Shown here piece by piece: positions 1-9,274 of a stretch of DNA of 64,000 nt. Each line of letters begins with the position of its first letter. The first letter of the stretch is position 1. The stretch comes from Mobula hypostoma (Eukaryota): positions 135,718,001-135,782,000 of the forward strand of contig NC_086103.1 in the NCBI RefSeq assembly GCF_963921235.1, written 5' to 3'. Under the pieces are notes generated by a model that made no database searches, was not told the DNA's origin, and saw nothing but the letters and a program-made list of their open reading frames with translations. A program made the position numbers and the translations under genes.

Positions 1-224
1 AGTAAGGATAGCAAAGCATAAAGGGAGAAGACAGGAGAATGGTGTTGAAAGGGAATAAAATCAGCCATGATTGAATGGCGGAGCAGGCTTGTTGGGCAAT
101 ATGGCTTAATTCTCCTCTGTCTTATGATCTTATTTCTCATCACGTTTTTGGTGATATTTATGCATTGATAATGGCTTGAGATTGATTTCAGTCAGAAGAA
201 ATTATCTTGCCCCATCAACTCTGT

Positions 225-1045
225 TGTCTCTTTTACTGTAGCAGGAGTGAGATATACCAGCTAGTGGTGTCACAGCAACAACCTTGTGCTCGATGTCAGT
301 AAGATGAAAGAGCTGATTGTGGACTTCAGGAAGGGCAAGACGAAGGAACACATACCAATCCTCATAGAAGGATCAGAAGTGGAGAGAGTGAGCAGTTTCA
401 AGTTCCTGGCTGTCAAGATCTCTGGACCTAATCTGATCCCAATCGATGCAGCTATAAGGAAGGCAAGATGGTGGCTATACTTCATTTGGAGTTTGAAGAG
501 ATCTGGTGTGTCAACAAAAACCTCTATAGATGTACTGTGGAGTGTATTCTGACAGGCTGCATCAGTGTCTGGTGTGGGGCGGGGGAGACTTCTACACAGG
601 ACTGAAGGAAGCTGCAGAGAGTCGTAAATTTAGTCGGCTCCATCTTGGGTACTAGTCTACAAAGTACCCAGGACATCTTCAAGGAGCGGTGTCTCAGCAA
701 GGCAGTGTCCATTATTAGGGACCCCCAGCACCCAGAGCATGCCCTTTTCTCACTGTTACCAACAGGTAGGAAGTACAGAATCCTGAAGGCACACACTCAG
801 TGATTCAGGAACAGCTTCTTCCCCTCTGCCATCCGATTCCTAAATGGACATTGATCCCATGAACACTCTCTCACTTTCTTTTAACATGTATTATTTCTGT
901 TTTTGCACAATTTCTAATTTCAATTTGCATATACAGTAATTTATTATTTTTTTCTTCTATACTATGTATTGCATTGAACAACTGCTGCTAAGTTAACAAA
1001 TTTCACGACACATGCTGGTGATAATAAACTTGATTCTGGTTCTAA
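225..1045 (+). mobile_element. Rex1/Babar(L2-like) LINE 3' fragment, degenerate
   Basis: ORF 286-552 KMKELIVDFRKGK...VERVSSFKFL is typical of the C-terminal part of the RT ORF of this clade. It is followed by the HPxHALFSLLP-GRxY region and a 3' UTR ending 'ataataaacttgattctggttct'. Confidence 0.75.
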
Positions 1046-1574
1046 ATGAAGGAGTTTGTTTTCTATGGCTCATTTTGTAGTACTCAACTTTGATTTATAA
1101 ATTGATTAGATAAGTTGTAGACTTTTCAGCACAGAAATAAATCTAGGATGTCGCTGCCATACATTACTCATGGAAGTGAATTTATTAATTTTTCATAAGA
1201 AATATCAAACACTTGATTCTCTCAGATATAGAAGTTCTTTCAGACAATTATTTCCTGGAGATCTAGCTGATGCTTATTGCATTGCTGTTAGTACTAAAAC
1301 TATTTATTGGTTGTTTACAGGTTGATATGAGCCATAAAATTCACTGTATTTCCTAAGTTGCCACAGTACTTCATTTGGGTACTTTAGGATATCCTGAATT
1401 ATGAAAGACTGTAAAACTGCAAGCTCTTTGTTTGTCCATGCTTGTTCATACTGAGCCACAGTTCCCTGCCTTTATCATCCAATTGAATCCACTCTCTGGT
1501 CACTCTGTCAGTACAAGGTTACATTTTGTTATGGTGAAACCTAATCCAAGTATCTGTGTGGGTTGTCTAATTCA

Positions 1575-2135
1575 TTGTTACTGATCTAATATTGAACTCA
1601 ATTGTTCCTATTCTAGAGTCTGGAATTCTAGGGATCTTGTTCTTATATATTTTTGGCTTTCACTTTGGTGTATTTTTTTTTTGTTCTTTTATTGCCAGAA
1701 TGTATTATTTCACAAGTTATCCACATTAAACACAACAACCACTTCTCTCTCCATTTTGCTAAATTCTATTAGTCTTCGTAAGATAGTGTTCAGTTTCTTT
1801 GTTATTTACCAAACCTTATACTTATGTATTGTCAGAAATTTTGACTTTTCTAAATCCATACATGAACAAGCATGAGTCCAGGTCTGACATTGTGTGGAGG
1901 CAGGGGAATATGTCACTTCCGTATAAGTAGGGCTTGACTTAAAAACCAGAAAAGTGGATAACTTGTGTAGACCTAGTTTTCCCTACCTTAGAAGACTATC
2001 TCAGTGTAGAGAAAGATCACCGGATTGATTCTGAGTACTGAGGGGGGATACTCAGTCCTATGAGGAGAATAAGCATACAGCCTTCTCTCTAGAGTTGAGA
2101 AGAATTGGAGCTTATTTCACTGAAGCATACAAAAT
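1575..2135 (+). repeat. Diverged direct duplicate of DYNC2H1 first-intron segment ~14320-14870
   Basis: Colinear shared blocks, e.g. caacaaccacttctctctccattttg, tattgtcagaaattttgactt, ggtctgacattgtgtggaggcag, actatctcagtgtag. Confidence 0.85.
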
Positions 2136-2436
2136 GGGGCACCATGATAGCATAGCGGTTAGCACGAGACTATCACAGCTCAGGGCTTCTGAGTTCAGAG
2201 TTCAATCTCTTCATCTCATGTTCTTTATATTTGTTGTTTATTTACTTATTATTATTATTAGTAGTAGTAGCAGTTTTTCTTTTGTATTTGCAATTTGTTG
2301 TCTTTGCATGTTGGTTGTTTGTCCACCCTGTGGACCCTGTTCATTGATTCTATTATGGTTCTTGTACTTACTGAGTATGCCTGCAAGAAAACATATCTAT
2401 AGTGACATATGTACTTCCATAATAAATTTACTTTGA
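2135..2436 (+). mobile_element. tRNA-derived SINE head with LINE-derived tail
   Basis: Head 'tagcatagcggttagcacgagactatcacagctc...gagttcagagttcaatc' matches SINE heads at ~32370 and ~36040. Tail 'aataaatttactttgaa' matches the Rex-like 3' UTR (reverse copy at ~12635). Confidence 0.6.
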
Positions 2437-2715
2437 ATGTGAATTCAAATATAGAATATATTACCACAGTATATATTAATATAAACAAAATGTTCATGAA
2501 TAGTGATTCATATGTTTTTTTCATTAAAACAATATAGTCTGAAAGTATCTATCGTGTTCATTTCTATTCCATTTAACACATGAAATGTGATCAATAATAC
2601 AATACAAACATTTTATTTATGTTTTGAAAGGAATTCTCCAACTCAGTGACGGGCAGAAGTTGCTGTAAGCAGTGGTGAAACAAGTAAAAGAGAACCTCAA
2701 ATGAATCTTTTTTCC
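2437..2715 (+). pseudogene. Decayed duplicate of DYNC2H1 coding exon 4 with upstream intron flank
   Basis: Aligns with ~44518-44790. Acceptor atttatgttttgaaag|gaattc is kept at 2630/2631, and gggcagaagttgctg(t/c)aagcagtggtgaaac is shared. A 13-nt deletion causes a frameshift. Confidence 0.85.
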
Positions 2716-2731
2716 AAACAGCATCCATATA

Positions 2732-3508
2732 CAGTGCACTCATCACATCAGGACAAGTACGTTTTGGTCCAATTAAGCAGCTGCTGCAATTAGCCAAAGT
2801 TTTATGGAAATAGTTTAAAAAGCAACAAATTATGTATTTAAATGGAATACAGAATAAATTAGAACAGTAACAAGACTATTAGAGAACTATAAAACTGTAT
2901 TAGTTGCTAATAGTTATCAACGGAGGAGTTCATTCAGTGTTCACTGATGTTCTTTGATTGACTATAAGTGAACAAAATGAATGCAGGCACCTAGTGCAGA
3001 TAGTGGACTGCTTTCAAACAGTGCTTTTGATGATTACATCTTCCAAATCTTCATTTTAATTGAAACATTCAAGATGATTGTCGATACCTTCAAAATTCTT
3101 CATAGTTTCTAATTGTTTCATTTTCACTCGGCTATTTTTGGTATCTCCAAGCCTGAATACTTGCAGTGAGCTTAAAAGTTCTGAATTGTCTTATTGCTCA
3201 TTTGTTTTCAACTACCAGTGACAAAAGAACATTGCTTTTTGAACACAAATACATGCAACTGAAGCTATTTCAAAATTGTTTGCTCTCAGCACAGTGTAGT
3301 GTCTAACGGCCACACAAGTGATGGCACATGACTGATGCTAGTTGGAAACTGTTCAGCAACAGTCTCCTGGGTTAATTAAGCAGCATAATATCTCAAATAA
3401 ACAAAGGGAATCCTGGCTATTTTCTTGATTAGTTAATGTTCTTTAAGAGCTGTCCCAAATAAGTGGCTGGCCAGATTAAACAATGACCTGATTAATTGAA
3501 ATTCACTG
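2732..3508 (-). mobile_element. Non-autonomous Tigger/pogo deletion derivative (same family as 3982-6020)
   Basis: TA|CAGTG...CACTG|TA ends. The interior aligns to both ends of the TIGD element, with two internal deletions. Confidence 0.8.
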
Positions 3509-3981
3509 TATACCCAATGGATGTGCAGGCAGAACTGGGAACTCAATTTGCTTCAGCACAGTACAATAATAGATCACAAGTAATATATTTGCCAATATTA
3601 ACTGGTTCATTACAAACCTCAGAATTACCTGGAACCTTCCTTTACAATATAACTATTACTTGTACGGTGCTGCTGCTGCTGCTGCAAAAAAGCTAATGTT
3701 CATAGCATTTATGCCCTGTGCCTTACAGCAGTAAATTTGAAAAGTTTAACGTAGTACAAGTACAGATTTATGACATCAGTTATCGTAGCTAAGCTTCTTG
3801 TTTTTTTTTTTAGCTGTGTTCAGGAAATAACCCTCACCCATTCAAAAATTGTGCAGACCACTAGAAAATGAAACATTCCTAATTATAAAATGTAGTAAAT
3901 GTATATTCTGTTATAATGTGTTTAACCATAAACAATTATTGACCTAATTAAGTCAGGGGGCAAACTATTAAAATGGCAATA

Positions 3982-6020
3982 TAGTGGATTCTGGTTAATT
4001 GGGGCAGTACAGTTAGACAAATTAAGCTGGTTTCATGGAAATAGTTAAAAAGGTATAAAAAAGTCAAATGACTGTTTAACTGAATAACTAATTATATATT
4101 TAAATGAAATACAGAACAAATTAGAACACTAGCAATACTACTACAGTACAATAAAACTGTATTAGTTCCTAATAGTCATCGACGGAGAAATTCGTCCAGT
4201 GTATGCAGCCGTTTTCTTTTGATTGACTGTAAATGAACAAAATCAGCACAGACACTTAGTGCAGATAGTGGACTGCCTTCATTGCCTTCCTGCATGAAAT
4301 AGCGTTGTAATCCAACAATGAATTTCCTGGCATCCTGTGTAGTCACTAGCTCAGGTTCAGATGTGTCATCTTGATCACTTTCCTCATCTTCATATTTCCC
4401 ACCTTGGTTTATTGATACAATGCTTTCAACGATTGCATCCTCCAAATCTTCGTTTTCATTGTAACATTCAAGATGATTGTCGATAACTTCAAACTCGTCG
4501 TAGTTCCCAACCTGAAGGACTGAAATCGTTTCATTTTCACTCCCGGCCATTTCTGTCATCTCAAAGCCTGAATGCTTGAAACCGCAAAGAGCAAAACAGT
4601 TCTGAATTGTTTTACTGCTTATTTCTCGCCAACTATCAGTGACAAACTGTATTGCCTGTAAAAGGTTAACCCTTGCACACACTTCCTTGGCTGTTGCAGA
4701 AGATGTCAGTAGATTTTCTTCAATTGCTTCCAGAATGTGGTTCACCAATTTTCTGCGATACAGTGTCTTTAATTTTTTTATGATCCCCATGTCCATTGGC
4801 TGTACCAAGTATGTTCTACTGGCAGGCAGAAATTCCAGCTGAATGTTCTTCAAACATTCTACATTAGGGTATGCTGCACAATTGTCAAGAAGGAGAAGAA
4901 CTTTTCTTGATTTCCGCTGTAGCTCCATATCCCAACTCATCAGCCAATTCTTAAAAATGTCAGATGTCATCCATGCATTCTTATTAGCATAGTATTCGAT
5001 TGGTAAACTATCCATTCTTAGCCCCTTAAAGCACCGAGGCTTAACACTTTTTCCAATAACCAACAGTTTCTTTTTATCAGTCCCCGACATATTTGAACAA
5101 CACAAGACAGTTATGTGATCTATTGCTTTCTTTGTACCTGATAGTACGGCACGATAAAAAAGGCCCGTTTCGTCAGCATTGTAGATATCATCTGCACAAA
5201 AATTTTGAAGCAAATCTGGCAGTTTTGTAGATTTCCATGCCTCTGCATTTAAAGCATCAGAACCACTTTTCTCTCCATGTGTTTTCTTGAATTGAATGTG
5301 ATGCCTACACTTCCATCGAGATAACCAACCATCTGTTGCTTTAAAATCTCTGTGGCCCAGCTTCTTAGCCAACTCCTCTGATTTGTTTTTTAACATTGGT
5401 CCACTGACTCTCACACCTCGTCCGGTTACCACGGAAAACCATTGATTGAGGGCCTTTTCAACATCTGGGTTCTTACCTTCACGCTTTCGTTTTTGGGATG
5501 TTCCCTGCTGTCCCTCACATAATGCCCATTCTTCTCGCAGTTTATCTTGCTGTTGTATCAAGCGTGCAATTGTAGATTTTGGCACTCCAGTTATCACTGC
5601 CAGCTGACGATGGGTGGTGTTAGGCGGATGGCTTTTAATTTGGTCCAGTACCGTAATTTTTTCGGCCAGGGTCAAATCCTTTCTTGGCATCTTGGCAAGG
5701 GTCTGAAGTTTTTTAGACATTAAACAAAGAAAATGATCAAAAATCACTGCTTTTTGAATCAGCGTCCGTCGGCCCATTTAGATAACGCAAGGGCACACAA
5801 CTGAAGCTATTTAAAAACTATTCGCTCTAAGCACGGTGTAGTGTCTTAACAGCCACCATTGAACGCGACCGATGCTAGTTAGAAACTGTTCGGCAATCTG
5901 TCTCCTGTCCCAATTAATTGCTATAGTGCCCAAATAAACGAAGAGAGTTGCAGCTAATTTCTCGATTAAATTTTGTTATTGTCCCAGATATTAACCGATG
6001 GCCCAAATAACTGGAAATCT
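3982..6020 (-). mobile_element. Near full-length Tigger/pogo DNA transposon
   Basis: TA + TAGTGGATTCTGGTTAATTGGG at 3980-4003. The opposite TIR is degraded (GGCCCAAATAACTGGAAATC, 6000-6019). It encloses a transposase ORF. Confidence 0.8.
4176..5690 (-). CDS. Tigger transposable element-derived (TIGD4/6-like, CENP-B/pogo family) protein, ~504 aa from MPRKDL (open frame extends to 5777)
   Basis: N-terminal HTH (LTLAEKITVL...GVPKSTIARL), CENP-B HTH (VEKALNQWF...VSGPML...FKATDGWLSRWK) and DDE_1 domain (YNADETGLFY, LLLLDN, QPMDMG). No stops or frameshifts. The ATG sits in a gccaagATG context. Confidence 0.85.
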   Translation of the reverse strand: MPRKDLTLAEKITVLDQIKSHPPNTTHRQLAVITGVPKSTIARLIQQQDKLREEWALCEGQQGTSQKRKREGKNPDVEKALNQWFSVVTGRGVRVSGPMLKNKSEELAKKLGHRDFKATDGWLSRWKCRHHIQFKKTHGEKSGSDALNAEAWKSTKLPDLLQNFCADDIYNADETGLFYRAVLSGTKKAIDHITVLCCSNMSGTDKKKLLVIGKSVKPRCFKGLRMDSLPIEYYANKNAWMTSDIFKNWLMSWDMELQRKSRKVLLLLDNCAAYPNVECLKNIQLEFLPASRTYLVQPMDMGIIKKLKTLYRRKLVNHILEAIEENLLTSSATAKEVCARVNLLQAIQFVTDSWREISSKTIQNCFALCGFKHSGFEMTEMAGSENETISVLQVGNYDEFEVIDNHLECYNENEDLEDAIVESIVSINQGGKYEDEESDQDDTSEPELVTTQDARKFIVGLQRYFMQEGNEGSPLSALSVCADFVHLQSIKRKRLHTLDEFLRR

Positions 6021-7800
6021 TACCAGTCAATTGTTGGTGAGATATCGGATAGTCCTCCAGTATGAGTCAGTCTCACTAGAAAACATTACAATGAGATAGT
6101 GTTAAAGACGGCTATCTGTGTACAAACCCTTACCTATAATGATGAAACAACACCTACATGCTTAAACGAAAATATAAAATGTATTATACAAACTCTGGCC
6201 TAGTTACGTTTTCGTACTGAATGCTGCAGAACAAATCGTGAGCGGAGAAGCAGAAAGAAGAGACAAGAAAAATAACACAGACCTAATACGAATTTAAATT
6301 GATTCGCGAATAAGGCAATGGTTCATTTGACTGCTTTTGAGATAATAACTCACAGACCCTGAGAGCAATATTTTCCGTTTTATATATAAACGCGACAAAC
6401 AAAACAGTAGAATTCGACATGAATTCTCTGAAAGCTTCATCAGCAATCCCCAAAATACTGTTCAATCTTATGATAAACTCTATGATGTTGACTAACTGCA
6501 CAATTTGTAATTGGTGAAGAGAAGGCACTAGATCCCACCAGGAGCTGCCGCCGGAACGGACCTTTGACAAGCTGCATCCGCTCCAAATGAGAAGGGGCAC
6601 CGTTTTGGAATAAATTATCTCACATTCGGCGGCCACCCTGAATGAGTGCATGACCTAGATTCAGATCGGAAAACAAAGTTCCAATAAGATTTCGCTCTGC
6701 ATCGCTTCCAGGATGTTTAACCGAAGACTTAAAGCTCCAGCAGTTACTGGGCAACATAACTGACCCCCGACACGAACTTCCGAGTAGCCACCGGGCCACT
6801 CTAATACTGGACAAGAAAGGAGTGGGTTTCGGGCGTTTGGGGCCGGGTCTGACAAAGAAATCGCCTTTTCGCTACGTGATCCCATCGCGCAGCGGATACA
6901 CCCCTCCCCCATAACCAACACTCAGAGCAGACCACCGAGTGAGAGGGCGGGCTGGGCTGGCCCGGGCCGTGCCGGGCAGGGCAGTGAGAGGACATGACGA
7001 GGCTCCGAACCAGACGCTCTGCTGTCAGAACCCGACCCGCTGCCTCGGGGGAAGCATCGACTAACTCATCAGCCAAGAGGGGACATCCGGGCCGGAATCA
7101 TGGAAAGCAGCCGACGGAAGGATAGCGGGCGACAGCCAAACGGTGGGTCGGACGGTGAGATGGCTGCTGCACCTGTCACCCCGCCGCTCCGGGCAGCCGG
7201 GAACACGCGGCGTTTATCCGCTCCCCGCGTTGCCTCTACAGTTCGGTCTCGGCGACTCCAACACCGACACCGCGATCACTTCCGGGGCTGAGGGACAAGG
7301 TCGGCGCAGCCACTGCCCGACAGCGCGCACTGTAGGGGGAGCGAGGGTTGCAACCGGGGCGCTGCTGAGACAAGCGCATTGAGTGGCAGGCCTGACACAG
7401 CCTGCATTGACCCTGTAGACTGAAATAACCCACGGCAGCAGAGAGCGGCCGCTGGTAATTGTCACCCCGCTGCAAACAAATCACTGCCCAAGGGGAAGAC
7501 ATTTCCCCATCTGGGATGCCGCCGCCAAGCGCAGGTTTCGGGCTGAACTCGCGCCACAGGAGCGGAGTTGGAGCCCAGAGCGATATTATTCTGTACATCC
7601 GACCGTCACCACACGCGCTGACCAACAGCTGCAGCACTCCCGTCAGAGCGACTGCGAGTAGTTACCATGTATCGCGCCCCGCGGTCCCTTATCTCGCTCG
7701 CCGGGGAGGGGAGGGCAGCGCCGTCGCCGACTCCCCTCGCGGCCGCTGACAACAGAGCGCGTGGTTTATCGCGGCGCAATGACGTTCCCTTGCTCGGCGA

Positions 7801-7814
7801 TGCGTCACTTCCGC
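7801..7814 (-). promoter_or_regulatory. Overlapping ETS/CRE-half-site motif (GCGGAAGTGACGCA)
   Basis: tgcgtcacttccgc on +. A second ETS site (cacttccgg) is at ~7277 and a TGACGT at ~7780. Confidence 0.55.
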
Positions 7815-8016
7815 TCTGCTGGGCCGTTGCCGTGTGGGGTAACCGTGGACGCTGTTTGTTGCCAACCGGGCGGGCTTGTGCTGATCGCCCGGCCAGGCGC
7901 TCGTCCCGCCAGCTCCTGCCTCCCAGTTCGGCGAGCTCTGGAGTTAGTTACCACCCATAACGCGGTAGTGCGGAGATTTGCCCCGTGGGGACGCAGAACG
8001 TCATGGAAACGGCGGG
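7815..8016 (+). other. DYNC2H1: Candidate non-coding first exon of DYNC2H1 (boundaries uncertain)
   Basis: Donor-like GGG|gtaggt at 8017 near the island edge. The ATG exon at 15638 has its own acceptor (tttaag|gaaaaacaacATG), which implies an upstream UTR exon. Confidence 0.35.
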
Positions 8017-8971
8017 GTAGGTTAGCACTGAGCTCAAGGAGCTTCACCCACTGTGCTCAGCGATCCAACGGGGTCCTTTCTCCCGGGATTAGTGATGGGC
8101 TGTTGTGTTAACTTCAGTGGAGCTGAATACGCTTCACGTGCTTTAATGCCGGATATTTTACAGTCCGTTTCAGTAGTATAATGTTAAATTAAATCACAGA
8201 AAAGTTATAGCATGGATGGATTCAACTGTTTTACGCAACAAAAACCTGGTCTGTGGCCCATATCTATAGTCCTACTTTTCTTTGTATCTTTTCAGAATTG
8301 TGCCTTTTATTGCTTTTTCTCTTTCACAATATGTTTCTCAGTATTGTCTATCGATCCATTCCATCCGCGTTTTCTTTTTACTGGAAACAACGCTGTGGGT
8401 CAAGGAAGGAATATTTTTTGCCTATTTCGACACTTTGCTGATGCTACAGTCTATTCTTGCACTTGTCCAACCAATCCTACTTTTTGCTGCAAGTACTTGT
8501 CTTAGGTGTGCACGCAGAGTTTAATTCGTGCAAAGCTTTAACTTGGAGATGCGCCAGGACATGTATTTCTGTGTGACGTTTAAATGAAATGGCATTGGAA
8601 AATGCTTAGGAGCAGAGGGAGCTTAGAGCTGGATATATATTTCCAAAGAGTATGCAACATGAAAAATAAAAATAATTTTGACCAGGGTTGATAATACATA
8701 GCAGGTACCTGAGGAACAGACAGAGAAATATGATTAAAATTGTTATATAGTATTTGAGAAATTAAAATCTTCATACTAACTGTGAGTACCTTGGCATAAA
8801 AGAGTGGGATTTGGAAGTGGATTCCAGGAGAGATTTTTTGAAGTTGCATGTAGATAGACCGATGAGGGATGGAACATTACTGGACCCCGTCTCCGGGGAA
8901 TGTAGTAGGTCAGTTGAAGGGATTGTCTTGGGGGAGCATTACGGAGATGGTGACCATAACTCCATATATTT

Positions 8972-9220
8972 CATAGTCATAGTCATACTTTATTGATCCT
9001 GGGGGAAATTGGTTTTCGTTACAGTTGCACCATAAATAATAAATAGTAATAGAACAATAAATAGTTAAATAGTAATATGTAAATTATGCAATAAGTCCAG
9101 GTCCAGCCTATTGGCTCAGGGTGTCTGACCCTCCAAGGGAGGAGTCGTAAAGTTTGATGGCCACAGGCAGGAATGACTTCCTGTGACGTTCTGTGCTGCA
9201 TCTTGGTGGAATGAGTCTCT
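8972..9220 (-). mobile_element. Short Rex/Babar-like LINE 3' end inserted in a CR1 fragment
   Basis: (CATAGT)n tail followed by a 3' UTR. The flanking CR1 endonuclease-region sequence (LGEHYGDGDHNSIYF...EKDK) is interrupted. Confidence 0.55.
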
Positions 9221-9274
9221 ACGGAAGTAGTGTCTAAGTAGTTACGGAAAAAGATAAATTAGACCAGGAATAAG

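Larger units (their letters stand above)
6480..8160. promoter_or_regulatory. CpG island; probable bidirectional promoter of DYNC2H1 (+) and the TIGD-like ORF (-)
   Basis: Abrupt GC- and CpG-rich block in AT-rich, CpG-depleted DNA, lying between two divergently oriented coding regions. Confidence 0.75.

Noticed and set aside
2135-2215. tRNA gene
   Set aside because: SINE head with degenerate A/B boxes and no cloverleaf.
5691-5777. Upstream ATGs of the 533-aa TIGD ORF as the true start
   Set aside because: This stretch looks like polypyrimidine/acceptor and TE 5' sequence. Family similarity begins at MPRKDL (5690).
6120-6140. AG|GTAAG zero-length/recursive splice site on the - strand (cattatag|gtaagg)
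   Set aside because: One of several splice-like motifs here; it cannot be supported without transcript data.
6283-8111. Many overlapping ORFs in the CpG island, including a possible DCUN1D5 first exon
   Set aside because: Expected in GC-rich DNA, with no recognisable domains. No MPVKKKRK-like DCUN1D5 start was seen.
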